64,000 nucleotides of DNA from Octopus sinensis (GCF_006345805.1 NW_021831825.1:308-64307), one strand, 5' to 3'; positions 1 through 14,163 are shown, numbered from the stretch's first letter. The notes: generated from the sequence alone by a model not told the origin. Made by a program: numbers and translations.

Positions 1-27
1 ATGTACATGAATTCGTTATTTGCTTTC

Positions 28-199
28 TATACACATACACACATACATACACACATACATACACACATACATACATACATACATACATACATAATACATG
101 CATACCATATATAATGTATGTATTATGTATGTTATGTAAATGTATGTATGTATGTATGTATATGTATAAATATATATATATGTCTCTATATATATATAA

Positions 200-252
<53 letters not shown>

Positions 253-375
253 TATATACACATATAATATTATCTATATATTATTTATATATATATAGAA
301 TTTATATTTATTTGTATATTTATATATATAAATTAATATATATAGTATAATATATATATATATATATTATATATA
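28..375. repeat. (TACA)n/(TA)n microsatellite
   Basis: Direct reading of tandem units. Confidence 0.95.
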
Positions 376-384
376 ATTAATTAT

Positions 385-564
385 AAGGTGAGAGAATTAG
401 ATACTAATTTAATAGTATATCTATTCACACCAAGTGGCCTAGTGCTCCGAGAAACTGGATTATTTATAATTTTATAATATATTATAATATTTTTACAAAA
501 TAATATAAGAGAGTGGTCACTATATGGCTCAGAGTGAGCCATATAGTGACCACTCTCTTATATT

Positions 565-565
<1 letters not shown>
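385..565 (-). mobile_element. Hairpin-capped short interspersed element in (TA)n, copy A
   Basis: Perfect 29-bp inverted repeat 502-530/536-564 with 5-nt loop; adjacent ~100 bp is homologous to 23035-23130 in opposite orientation. Confidence 0.6.
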
Positions 566-604
<39 letters not shown>

Positions 605-649
605 ATATATATTATATATATACCATATACATATATATTATATATATAT

Positions 650-1026
650 CTGCAGTATCGCCCGGCGTTGCTCGGGTTTGTAAGGGAAATAACTATAAAG
701 CATTTTTAGAGAGTTATAGCCAAAAAATAGCAAAAAAAATGGGAAATAAATGATGGTAAATTTTTTTTTTGATAGTTAAAAAGGTCGAGTTGCGTCCCCT
801 GTGGTTTGTGTTTCTGATTCTCGACCCCATGTCGAATTTACCGATCTTTTTCAGAACTGGGGGAACTTTTCAAAATTTTCGCTGCGTTAGTTTTGAATTA
901 TGACATTGGGCTATGTGTGTGTCAAGTTTCATCAGAATCGGTTGAAAGCCGTGGTCAGGGTGAGGGTACAAGCAAACAGACACACAGAAACACGCACAGA
1001 CAAACTGCCGTTTATATAGAGAGAGA
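650..1026 (-). mobile_element. Non-autonomous Helitron
   Basis: Minus strand A|TCTCTCTATATAAA 5' end; 3' hairpin CCCGAGCAACGCCGGG followed by CGATACTGC(T)AG, CTAG degraded by one base; shares its 3' part with 3451-3951. Confidence 0.8.
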
Positions 1027-1552
1027 TATTGAGTACTACTTTTTTCTCCTATCAACTAGAAATATAAGAAATACGTACTCACAGATATGCATATGCATAA
1101 AGATATTTGTGTGTGTGAGTGTGTGTGTACGTGTGTATGTGTGATTTGTGTGACATTGCCGTGGTACCGCAAATAGCAGCGAACCTAGTATATACCCCAC
1201 AACGAAATATATATATATGTTATATTATTACTCCCGCCTAATGCTTTTTTTATGCTTTTTTTCTTGATGTTTCATTCTCTCTGTGGTCTGTGTGTTTGTT
1301 GTGTTGCATCGTGTATGTCATATACGTGCAGATATGAATACACACACCACACCAAACATATATTATATATATATATATTATATAGCCTAATATTATTATT
1401 ATATATATATATATTATATATATATATATAATATATTTATATTATATATTATATATATGTATATGAATATATATACATATATATACCAAATATATATAAT
1501 AAATGTACTATATATATATTATATATTATATATAATTATATATATATATGTG

Positions 1553-1592
<40 letters not shown>

Positions 1593-1708
1593 TATCTATA
1601 TATATATAATGTTATATATTATGAGTGTATATATATAAATGTTATATATATATATGTGTATTGAATGTATATCTATATGTATATGAATATTCTATATATA
1701 TAATATGA

Positions 1709-1756
<48 letters not shown>

Positions 1757-2251
1757 TTATATATATATATATGCGCACAGATATATATATACATGAACAT
1801 GTATACATGTATACACAAACCTACATAGCATACATGCACACATACACACACAAACACATAGATAGGAGTGGAGCTGCTTCTACGTGACTGGAGCCATGGA
1901 TAACAGACCCAAACGACTTCATCTAATCATTTCCAGTTTCCTTTGATCTGAAGTTTAAAATTAATGTTTGCTTTCTAAAGAAATCGAAAACAAAAATAAT
2001 TATTACAAACATCACTACTGCCATCTTTCGTCTTGAAGCGGTATCACCTCACCTTTACCTTTCACACACCAACCCCGTCACCCACAACCCCGGTATGTTT
2101 CATAATTCCTATTTAGATTCAATTAAATTCACCGTTTGCCACGTGCGCGCGCGCGCACACACACACACACGCGCACTTACATGAACACACGGTCACATTT
2201 GTGTATCTTGCTATCGATCTACTTATTTGTCTATCCTTGATATCTATATAC

Positions 2252-2297
<46 letters not shown>

Positions 2298-2729
2298 TAT
2301 TATATATATATATATATAATATATATAGTATTCTTAATTAGGCGTCTGTATATGTTTATATTGCTAACAAACACGTATGCACTCCATCGGATACATACAT
2401 ACACACATCTATTTATCTATCTATCTATCTATCTATATATCTATCTATCTATCTATCATACTATCTATCTATCTATCTGTCTATCTATCTATCTATCTCT
2501 CTATCTATCTATCTATATATTCTATACACATGTATATATTGTTGATGTCATACACATTATACATACACATGTACATATACCCACACACACGCCGTGTATG
2601 TATATATTTTATGTAATTATATACTTATGCATGTAATTTTATATAAAGATCAGTGTAACAACAACAACAACAACAACACCCACAACAAAATTAATTGCTT
2701 GTAATAAAATCACCATGCCAGCAATTGCA

Positions 2730-2925
2730 GGCGAAGGGATTAGTCGGCGTAATTGACTAAGCTGCCCACCACCACCACCACCACGAATGCTTAACTATCT
2801 CTATATTTTATCGACCTCCGAATGGATGAAAAGCAAAGCGGACCTCGGTACGATTTGAACTCAGAACATAGAGAACCGAAAGAAGTGCCACTTATGCATT
2901 TTGTTGTTCGTGCCAAAGATTATAG
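2730..2925 (-). mobile_element. Degenerate tRNA-derived SINE (family M: GGCGAGCTGGCAGAA head, GCCTTTCATCC..GTCGAT body)
   Basis: Diverged match to copies at 6945-7179 and 40824-41052. Confidence 0.55.
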
Positions 2926-2984
2926 CAGTTTTAGAACAAAAAAAAAAAATGAAAAAGAAAAACGAATGTAAAGATTTCTTTAAC

Positions 2985-3112
2985 AAAAAAAAAAAAGGTA
3001 GATCGAAAAAAAGGTAGATTGAAAAAAAGGTAGATTGAAAAAAAGGTAGATTGAAAAAAAGGTAGATTGAAAAAAAGTAGATTGAAAAAAAGGTAGATTG
3101 AAAAAAGGTAGA
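2985..3112. repeat. 16-bp minisatellite (AAAAAAAGGTAGATTG) x ~8
   Basis: Direct reading. Confidence 0.9.
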
Positions 3113-3450
3113 CAGATATAAATTGCCATATATGATATTTCTGTTTCTGGTTACCGAGGATACACTGGTGTCAGGTTATTAAGACTGAAACGTCCGATTT
3201 TGAACTGAAAGTTTATTTTTCTCTATCTCAACAAAAAGCAGTTAATCAAAGTATTGCACCTAAATTATCAACACAGTTCTGCCATTTTATCGGTAGCTTC
3301 TTTATGCCAGCAATGAAGAATTCTGGAGAGCAAGAGGTGATGAAATCACGAAAGATGGGTTTTGCATCTTCTTGAGATTTGAAATTTTTCTACTTCTTAT
3401 AAGATATACACATACAGGAGGAGTAAATCTATATATCCATATATATATAA

Positions 3451-3951
3451 CTAGCAGTATCGCCCGGCGTTGCTCGGGTTTGTAAGGGAAATAACTATAT
3501 AAGCATTTTTAGAGAGTTATAGCCAAAGAATAGCAAAAGAAATGCATTATAAATGGAAAAAAAATGATGGTAAATTTTTTTTTAAATCGTTAACTCATCG
3601 TAGACATTTTTAGAGAGTTACTTCCCTTATATAATAACGAAAAAATGCATTAAATATGGAAAAAAAATGATGGTAAATTTTTTTTAAATCGTTGACTCAT
3701 CGTAGACATTTTTAGAGAGTTACTTCCCTTATATAATAGCGAAAAAATGCATTAAAATGGAAAAAAATGATGGTAAATTATTTTTAAAATCGTAGACTCA
3801 TCGTAGACGCGCGCTAATACCCAGAAGGGCTCGATATGAATCACGACTATAAGATACCCGGTTTTGGTTACACTGCACCGCAAAATGTGGGAGTAGTTAG
3901 GAATCTAAATCGTAGGAGACAGACACACAACTTGACTTTTATATATAAAGA
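3451..3951 (-). mobile_element. Non-autonomous Helitron
   Basis: Plus strand A|CTAG at 3450/3451 and GA|T at 3951/3952 (TC...CTAG in an AT target); subterminal hairpin; internal ~125-bp duplication. Confidence 0.9.
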
Positions 3952-4099
3952 TAACACTTTGAATGTGGATCCCAACAAAGAGTAAAAGTAATTAGCCTAT
4001 CAACGATGGGTATTACTGCTAGTCACTGATAAAATACAATATCGCTGAGGTATGTTCCAAGTAGATACTTTCAGTTAATTTCTTGTCATTCATGTTGAG

Positions 4100-4673
4100 G
4101 AAGTCTGAAGGGTATCTCATTAGTTCGCAGGGAGACAGGAGTACCAAGCAATTTTTAAGATAAATGACAACCTCATTTTGTTAATGAGTGATGAAGCTCA
4201 TTTTCGTTTCAATGGCACGGTGAATCAACAGAATTGTCGTTATTTCACAGCCCAAAAGTAACGGTCTGGTGTGCTGTTGGAAAGCTACCGTCATTGGTCC
4301 TAATTTTTTTGAAGACAATCATGGAAATGCTGTTACTGAGAACTCCAAGCGTTACATCGAGATGATAAACAACTTCTTTTGCTTGAATTACGACGAAAAC
4401 ATATGCTTATTGGACGTGTGTGATTTCAGCAGGATGGGGCAACGGCCCACTCAGCCATAATACTGGAGAGAGTGGGAGGCAACTTCCAAGAACGTCTTCA
4501 GAAATGCATTAATGAAAACGGACACCACATGATGGATGTTGTCTTTAACACTTGATTCTGACAAATACTAATTCAATACGAACACATTGATATCAATAAA
4601 ATTTGTTTGCAACTAAAATTAGTGATTTTTTTGAATTTTCCCAAAGTGTCCGTCCTCTCTGCCCCTCCCTTTA
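4100..4673 (+). mobile_element. IS630-Tc1-mariner transposase relic, internally deleted
   Basis: Frameshifted motifs MSDEAHF.FNG.VNQQNCRY, HSPKVTVWCA, IGPNFFED, FQQDGATAH; TIR-like end near 4645-4673. Confidence 0.8.
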
Positions 4674-4819
4674 AGTGGAACAGTAAAAATGTGCAAGACT
4701 TTGCTCGAGTTTAAAACATGACATTGTTCTTGTTATCTAGAGGTTTAAAATGTGACATCGTTTTTCTTATTTACATTGTTTTGTATCTTTGTTAGAAACC
4801 AGCTCCTTCCTACCGAGAG

Positions 4820-5221
4820 GTAATATTTGTCTCCATTTGAACGTGGATGTTCTGTTAGAACAAGCTACACTGCAGTAGTTACTATGAGAGAAACTTTCAC
4901 ATTGGTTAGCGCCGAAACCACCTGATCACGTGATTTCGACCTTCCTTGGTATTGTCAGTATATCGCTGGCTGGAAGATGAGTCGCTGTATATCTCCAGTG
5001 GTCGAGATCCATCATTGACAAGGCCAGGGAAAGTCGAAATCACCACGTGATCTGGTGGTCTCGGTGCTAGCGGTGGCGAGGATCGATTTCCTCGTTAGCG
5101 ATATAACCCAGTGTGTATTTTGCACCAAAAGCCAATACCAAAGTTTCTCTCATGGTAAATATCTTTTGCCGCATAGTTTGTTTTAACAGAACATCCACGT
5201 TTAAGTGGGCGCAAATATTAC
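4820..5221. mobile_element. Foldback MITE-like element with two nested pairs of inverted arms
   Basis: Outer arms ~4820-4898/5140-5221 (AACGTGGATGTTCTGTT, ATGAGAGAAACTTT); inner arms ~4905-4958/5017-5070. Confidence 0.65.
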
Positions 5222-5382
5222 ACACCACAATATCTAAATGTTCAATAGAAACGTTGGTGACTCGTGCATTATAAAAGAAACATTTTGATATTTACAACCA
5301 CAAAGTGCCAGTGGCTGTGTAGCTTTCAATTGGCAAAAATTTATTGGAGAATTTCAGCATTCTAGCTTTCATACACGTTTTC

Positions 5383-5431
<49 letters not shown>

Positions 5432-5689
5432 TCTCTCTCTCTCTTTCTCTCTCTCTCTCAGTCGTAACTCCCACATTTTTTTCCATAGTGCGCATCTCTG
5501 AACATACGTTTCATATAATGATTTGCTATTGTTTACAGTTTGCCAATTATTTCAAATTAAGACGCCGTGTTCAATTCCACCGCGCTGCACCCAGGGCAAG
5601 TGATTTTTCTACTGTAAGGCTACATTTGATCAATACCTCACAAGTGGAATTTGGTTAAGAGGTATGTACTGAAACCTGTTGATTATACG

Positions 5690-5747
5690 TACACATACAT
5701 CCATCCACCCATCAATCCATCCATCCATCCATCCATCCATCCATACA

Positions 5748-5781
<34 letters not shown>

Positions 5782-5845
5782 CATACATACATACATACAT
5801 ATATACATACATACATACATAAATACATACATACATACATACATA
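5690..5845. repeat. (CATC)n/(TACA)n microsatellite
   Basis: Direct reading. Confidence 0.95.
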
Positions 5846-6261
5846 AAAATACACACACAGTAGAACCTCGCCGTTCGAGTGCACCATTGTACGAGTAATT
5901 TGCTGTCCGAGTCGAAACTCATGCGAATTTTTGTCTTAAAATACGTGCGGGAATCCGCAGTACGAGCACACGAATCGTCCCATCTTTAAGGTAATTCAGT
6001 TAATAAAACCAGTTTACATATTTCTTTTGCATTCTCTTTTTTTAATAATTGTCATTTTTACTTGCAACTACACTTCTTCTGTTTTAAAACCCATAAAAAA
6101 TTATTTTTTAGTGTATTTTGAGGGGCTGGGACGGATTAATTATATTTTAGTTAATTTCAATGGTGGGGGGAAATTGGTTTATAAAATGAGTAAAAAGACG
6201 AGCTCGGTCATGGAACGAACTATACTTGTACCGCGAGCTATCACTGTATGTATATACATAT

Positions 6262-6306
<45 letters not shown>

Positions 6307-6347
6307 CATATTTGTGTGTGCATATATACTTTCTCTCTCTCTCATTC

Positions 6348-6381
<34 letters not shown>

Positions 6382-6415
6382 AATCTATCTATCTATCTCT
6401 ATCTATCTCTCTGTC

Positions 6416-6468
<53 letters not shown>

Positions 6469-6563
6469 GTACCATGCCACCTAGCTAGCTAAGTGTGTGT
6501 TATAAGCATTGAGTGACGATTGTGTTGAACATATACTTGTGTCGCCCATATTAGAGGTAATCG

Positions 6564-7500
6564 TAAGGCGGTGAGCTGGCAGAATCATCATCGCGCCGGA
6601 CAAAATGCTTAGCAGCATTTCTTCCGACTTTACGTTCTGAGTTTAAATGCTGCCAGTATCGACTTAACCTTTCACTTTTTCAGGGTCGATAAAATAAGTA
6701 CCAGATGGGTACTGGGGTTGATGTAATCGACTTCGGCGAGCTGGCAGAATCGTTACCGTACCGGAGAAAATGCTTAGCAGCCTTTCTTCCGGCTTTACGT
6801 TCTGAGTTCAAATGCTCCCAGGGTTGACTTAGCCTTTCACTTTTTCGGTTTCGATAAAATAAGTACCAGATGTAATCAACTTTGGTAAGCTGACAGAATC
6901 GCTATCGCGCCGGACAAAATGCTTCGTGGTATTTCTGCCGACTTAAAGGCTGGGGAGCTGGCAGAATCGTTAGCACACCGGGCGAAATGCTTAGCGGTAT
7001 TTCGTCTGCCGCTACGTTCTGAGTTCAAATTCCGCCGAGGTCGACTTTGCCTTTCATCCTTTCGGGATCGATAAATTAAGTACCAATTACGCACAGGGGT
7101 CGATGTAATCGACTTAATCCGTTTGTCTGTCCTTGTTTGTCCCCTCTGTGTTTAGCCCCTTGTGGGTAGTAAAGAAATAGGTATTTCTTCCAACTTTACC
7201 TTCAAATGCCGCTAGAGTAAGCGTAGCCTTTCACCTTTTCATTGTCGATAAAATAAATTGCTGGCCTTGTGCCAAAATTTGAAACCTATATTTGAAGTAA
7301 CTGTAAAGCAGTGAACTGGTAGGATCTTTTCCGAGCCGGGTAAATGCTTCCCAATATTTCTTCCGATTTTATGTTCAAATGCTGTCAGGGTCGACTTAGT
7401 CTTTCACTTTATCAGGATCGATAAAGTAAGTACCAGTTAAATACTGGGGTCGATGTAATCGAACTACTCCCCACCTCCAAAAAAAATTGCTGGCCTTGAC
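6564..7500 (+). mobile_element. Cluster of family-M SINEs: old partial copies plus a younger full copy at 6945-7179
   Basis: Repeated GAGCTGGCAGAATC head and GTTC(A)AAT B-box-like motif; 17-bp TSD-like repeat 6928-6944/7180-7196. Confidence 0.85.
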
Positions 7501-7756
7501 GTGTGTTACTGAAATGAAGGTATCTTCGTAGAATGTGCGTAGTAGTTAGTAGGGCTATTTTTTACAGTTCAAGACATGTAAAGTTGAGGACCTGACGGTA
7601 TCGCGATTTTATGGTTTGCTTTGATCTTATAATTGCAGGTGGTTTAGTTTTGGGTTATACAAATCTATAGATTAAGAATTTCGTAATCAAAGACCATAAT
7701 TTGAACACCTAACTCCGTCTCTGCAGCAGCTTCCGTGTACCTCCTAAACTCACCAT

Positions 7757-8146
7757 GGAATGGAAGCACTCCGTCGGTTACGACGACGAGGTTTCCGGTT
7801 GATCCGAATCAACGGAACAGCCTGCTCGTGAAATTAACGTGTAAGTGGTTGAGCACTCCACAGACACGTGTACCCTTAACGTAGTTCTCGGGGATATTCA
7901 GCGTGACACAGAGAGTGACAAGGCCGGCCCCTTGAAATACAGGTACAACAGAAACAGGAAGTAAGAGTGAGAGAAAGTTGTGGTGAAAGAGTACAGCAGG
8001 GATCACCACCATCCCCTGCCGGAGCCTCGTGGAGCTTTTAGGTGTTTTCGCTCAATAAACACTCACAACGCCCGGTCTGGGAATCGAAACCGCGATCCTA
8101 TGACCGCGAGTCCGCTGCCCTAACCACTGGGCCATTGTGCCTCCAC
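7757..8146 (-). mobile_element. tRNA-derived SINE (family T), full length
   Basis: A box TGGCCCAGTGG and B box GGTTTCGATTCC on minus strand; perfect 11-bp TSD AAACTCACCAT at 7746-7756/8147-8157; near-identical copy at 25184-25570. Confidence 0.92.
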
Positions 8147-9273
8147 AAACTCACCATACAGTGCCTGGTAACATAGTTTTTAACGCGAATCATCTACCAC
8201 CACCAACACCAACACCAACTCTACCACCACCGTTACCGTCGACACCACAACAGCTATTGACAGCACTACCATCGTCCCTATTACTAACAACGATACCAGA
8301 GTCAACCATATCCCCAACTAAAACCATCACAATTACCACCACCACCATTGCCGCCACCACCATTGCCGCCACCACCACTACCGCCACACCACCATCACCA
8401 CCACCACCACTTTCATTGTCTCCATTTACAGATATCTCAAAAATCTCTCTTCAGTCATGTCAAGAGACCATTATCGATATTAATTTCGATTAACAGTATG
8501 ACCTGTACATTGGACTAACATACACGACCTCTCTACACCATACATATACACACACACGTACACACACACATATACACATATTCATAGATATAAACACACA
8601 CCATACACATACAGACGCATCATACACATGCTCCTTACACACCACATAACACGCACAGTAGACATAAACACACACACACACACACATCTCATTCAGCAAA
8701 TATATACACATTTATATATATATGTATACACACACACACACACATTAGCATTACCGCTACATTAACTACGATTAGTTGATTCACACATATTTCCCGCCGT
8801 TAGATGGCATGGCAGTAGCGTACTGCTGACTTATATAGCAGCCATTTTTCTCTCTAAGTATTATTTAATATGCTATTATCATTTGTTTTCATCTCCTTTA
8901 CCATAATTCCTTCCCGTCTTTCATATATTCTTTGATTTCTTTCCTCTCTTTCAGCTATTTTCCTTTCTTTCCATTCTTTGCAGTCCCTTAATCTGTCCTA
9001 AGTGAGCAATGGCCGCCTAAAAATGCCTTCCGGTTTCTCTAGAAGTTTTCTTCTTTTTATTTTGATAAGGCTCTGACGATTTAAGCCTCTCTTAATAATA
9101 GACTTTCGAAAAATACCCTGAAGTTTATTTTTCTTTCAGTTTTAGTAAAGGGATTGGTTTTCGTTTCTGTAAGGTACTGTCAGACATGAGGAAATGCGGT
9201 ATTCTGAAGATGTCGAAAGAACCGGTTCAGAGAGTCATACTTTGTTCTATAAGAGAATGAGAGAGAAAGAAAG

Positions 9274-9334
<61 letters not shown>

Positions 9335-9559
9335 AGAGAGAGAAGAGCGGGAAAGTTATACGTTACAACTTCAAAAGAATAACGAAGAGGTAAGCGTTTA
9401 ATGAGGCGGGAATGATTTATAATGATTTCAGACAGCAGCCTTAAGAGACACCGGAGCACACAGCACAAATGCTGCCACGCACGATTATTTATAAAGAGAG
9501 TAAGGTATCATCGACTTACTATGGGATGAGTTCACAGCCAATTGTAAATATCGACAGTG

Positions 9560-9852
9560 TACATACATACATACATACATACATACATACATACATACAT
9601 ACATACATACATACATACATACATACATACATGCATACATACATACACACACATACATACACACATACATACATATATACATATATACATATATACATAC
9701 ATACATACATACATAAGTGCATACATACATACATACATACATACATACAATCATACATACATACATACATACATACATACATACATACAATCATACATAC
9801 ACACATACATACATACATACATACGTACGTACGTACGTACATACATACATAA

Positions 9853-9883
<31 letters not shown>

Positions 9884-10318
9884 CATACACACACACATAC
9901 ATACATACATGCGTACATACATACATACATACATACATACATACATGCATACATACATACATACATACATACATACATACGTACATACATACATACATAT
10001 GCATACATACATATATACATACACACATACACACACATACATACATACACACATACACACACATACATACACATACATACATACATACACATACATACAT
10101 ACATACATCATACACATACATACACAAATACATACATACATACATACACACACGTACATACATACATATACATACATACATAACACACACATGCATAACA
10201 CCCATACATACATGCATAGATACATACATTTATTTATTCATGCATACATACACGCGTGCGCACATACGCACCCACCTGCACCACACACACACACACACAC
10301 ACATACACGCACACAAAT
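9560..10318. repeat. (TACA)n microsatellite, ~750 bp
   Basis: Direct reading. Confidence 0.97.
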
Positions 10319-10494
10319 CTACTGAATATCTGAGGGTTTATTGATACGAAACCGCTGGTATCGGACTGTTGAATTTTGTTAAAGGGAATTTTTATTTACA
10401 AATATGGTGTTTAGAACTCACTCTTCCAGATCGTCACTAATGTTTGTATGTCTGCGTGCGTGCATGAGTGCGTATGTGTGCGTGTATGTGTATG

Positions 10495-10718
10495 TGTCTT
10501 TGTGCTTCTGTTTGTCTCCCGTCACCGCTTGACATTAACCGGTGTTAATGTGTTTATGTCCCTATAACTTAGCGGGGTTCAGCAAAAGAAAGCGATAGAA
10601 TATATATACTAGGCTTGAAAAAATAAGCTTTGTGGTCGATTTGTTCGACTGAAACCCTCCGAGGCCCTGCTCCAGCATGGCTGTAGTCAGATGACCGAAA
10701 CAAGTAAAGAACAAAAGA
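10495..10718 (+). mobile_element. 3' half of family-C SINE
   Basis: GCTTGAC..CCGGTG, TAGAATA, CTCCAGCATGGC, GAAACAAGTAAA motifs. Confidence 0.75.
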
Positions 10719-10763
10719 ATATATATATGTACACACACACACATACACACGCACACACTCACA

Positions 10764-10795
<32 letters not shown>

Positions 10796-10835
10796 TGAAC
10801 ATACGTACATCCATACATAGATACACACATAAAAA

Positions 10836-12285
10836 TGTTAACAATACCAAAAAACAACTGGAATTAATAACATTTTCAGTTGATTTAGTCATGGAATTTG
10901 TCCAAAACAAATGTTCACATTTAGTTATAGAACGAGGGAAGTCAGTGCCCCAAACCCAAAACGTGTGCATCTATGGTCTCTCTATCTCCCCCATTCCACA
11001 CAAAGAATGTTACAAGAACTTAGTCATTGACGAAAATTTATCATATAAAGGCACTGTGAATAAATGATAGAGTGACCCGAGAATATTACACCAGACTTAG
11101 GAAAATATGGCAGTCGGAACTCTCTTCTTACAACTAAACAATATCCCACAATACATTTGCAGTACCAGTGCTGATCCCAACGTTTGAGATAATTCATTGG
11201 TCTGTAGACCATAAATATCAAAACTCGCAAAATCCTGACAATAACTGGGAACTTCCACAGAAACAGTGATGTTGACAGGCTCTACCTCAGAAGAAATGAA
11301 GGTGGTAGAGGTCTGAGATCATTGCAGACGGCCTTCTAATGCCATATGGTATCACTCGGTCAGCACCTGCTAAACAACAGCAGCAAAAATAAATATATTA
11401 ATGCAGTGCTGAAAAGTGAAGTGAGCAACATTGTACAAGTTGGCAGTGAACTTCTCAAGAAACACTCTCATCCTGATGATCTATACAGACCCAAAGCATC
11501 TGGGCTCTCTTACCTCAGAGAAGACCTGGATGGAAAGGACTCAGCATACAAAAAAAAACAAAGACTATGCATGGGAATGTTGCCCGGAAGCTTGAAGAAG
11601 ACAGTAAAAGTGATACGCAACCTCTCTTGGACACAAGCCCACTGCATCACATCACACGTTGAAGGCTATGCAGTTGCAATCCAGGAACAGGAGATGGACA
11701 CAAAGCACCTGGTGAACAAGAGGGACAGTGATGCTCTTGTAATCCCAACCGCATGTGTAAGCTATGTCATGTTTCTGTGGAAAACATTACGCATGTGATT
11801 AGCAGCTGTCCTAAAATGTCATCACGGTTCTACCTCCCTATGCGGCACGATGCTGTTGCTAAAACAATTTACAATGACATCCGCCAGAAAGACTGTGCTG
11901 AAATAAACTTAGACAATCTCTCTGTTATGGAATACATTCATAAACACCAACTCAAGGAATACTGGTGGAATATTCCCATCAAAGCCTCGGTAAAAAATGT
12001 AAGCATAACAGGCCAGGTATTGTTGTTTGGGACAGAAGGGCAAAGGTATGTACCATAATAGAGGTCAGATTCCCTGTAGGTATAATAATCTCTTTGAAAA
12101 TCAAAGAAAAAGAGGATATCTATGGACAACTGCAACGAAACCTCCAGCTTCTATATCCAGACTATGAATTCATATTCATACCAATAATAATTGGAGCTTT
12201 AGGTTTTGTTAGTAAATACTCAAAGGAGAATCTGGATAAACTGGGATTTTCAGAAAGAGAACTTGACCGGCTGATTCATATATCC
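10836..12285 (+). mobile_element. R4/Dong-like (RLE-type) non-LTR retrotransposon relic, RT end to endonuclease
   Basis: Frameshifted motifs KKQLELITFS.DL.MEF..NKC, FHRNSDVDRLYLRRNEGGRGL, CCHC (CKLC..ENITHVISSC..RHD), HNRP-IVVWD..IIEV, IIIGALG. Confidence 0.88.
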
Positions 12286-12317
12286 GACGCTCTAACAATT
12301 CTGTCAATTTTGTCAAT

Positions 12318-12605
<288 letters not shown>

Positions 12606-12789
12606 ATCCTTCCCAATTTTGGCATAACGCCAGCAAGTTTGGGGTAGGGAGTTAATCGATTTCATCGACACCCTCCACCCTACTGCTCAACTAGTTCTTA
12701 CTTTATCGATCTCTGGAAGGATGAAAGGTAAAGTCGACCATGGCGGAATCTGAACCCAGGACGTAAAGATAATAATAATAATAATAATG

Positions 12790-12851
<62 letters not shown>

Positions 12852-12891
12852 TATTATTATTATTATTATAGTAACAACAATAATAATAATG

Positions 12892-12923
<32 letters not shown>

Positions 12924-12929
12924 ATCTCT

Positions 12930-14130
12930 CATCTCTTTTGCCAAGCTCTGACTCCATTAAGAAATCTGTTGAATGGATAGCTATAAAAGCAAGAGGCAAC
13001 CGTTATATGCATGACTTGAAAATATTTACAAAAAAATAATACAAAGCAAGAAAAATTATTAGAATTGTTCATAAATCCAGTTACGGCACAAAAATGAGTT
13101 CGAGATTAAACGAATGTTCCTTCTATGAAGCTGTTGTAAGAAGAAGTAAATCAACTAAAACTGGGAACATTAACTTATAGAAAAAACACCGAAATCAAAG
13201 AATTAGACCGGAACCACAAATACAAATACTTTGGTGTCGATGACACTAATAAAACAAGAATCACAGAAATGAAAGAAAATATCTCAAAGGAAGACGGCAC
13301 AAGGATTAGACATTAAAAAAACTGGACTGAACATTCGACATAAGATAATAGGTATAGATACACTTTCAGAAAAGGAACGTAGGAAACTACTCTCAGCTTT
13401 CCAAAGCTAATGCCCCCCCACCCCTACACCGAAAGTTGTTATAAATAAAATATACTTATTGCCCCACACAAAGAAGGCTGGATCTGGTACAAATTGAAAT
13501 CTACCACAAAACAACAACAGTGGGACGAAAAATACTTTCAATCGAGTAAAAGGAAACTGACTGGCGTAAGAAGGAAACGTGAAATAAATAAATAAATATA
13601 TAAATAAATAAATGATAGGTTTTTTCTTTCTGCAGAAGGAAACACGAAAAATACAAATTGAAAACAAACTAGACTGACGCAAAAGATTTAGATAAGAATA
13701 AAACAAGAGGAAAAAAAAATTAAGATAACAAAAGATAAAATCAAAATGAAATTCTTAATATAATGAAGGTTAAAAGGGGAGAGAAGAACCAGTCGATGGC
13801 CAATATCCCGCAAGGCTTGACAGAGCGGAAGTAAGCCAGAGTGAAAAGCCGACAACGGATCAAAAACTTTCGGTTAAAAGTAGAAACTGAAGGTCTGGTT
13901 TAGGAGAAGAGCGCCATTTTCTAGCTACATACAACCGTAAAAGCGAAATAATGAAAGAAATGTTAACAGTGGCTGTGTGGTAGGTAGCTTGTTTACCAAC
14001 CACATGGTTCCGGGTTCAGTCCCACTGCGTGGCACCTTGAGCAAGTGTCTTCTGCTATAGCCCCGGGCCGACCAATGCCTTGTGAGTGGATTTGGTAGAC
14101 AGAAACTGAAAGAAGCCTGTCGTATATATG

Positions 14131-14163
<33 letters not shown>

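Noticed and set aside
7757-8146. tRNA genes at SINE heads
   Set aside because: A/B boxes are present, but each continues into a SINE body and tail with TSDs; no complete cloverleaf could be supported
8830-9240. Possible decayed L1/Tx1 ORF2 fragment; similar faint RT traces at ~20820-20900 and ~29800-30200
   Set aside because: Too degenerate to support by eye
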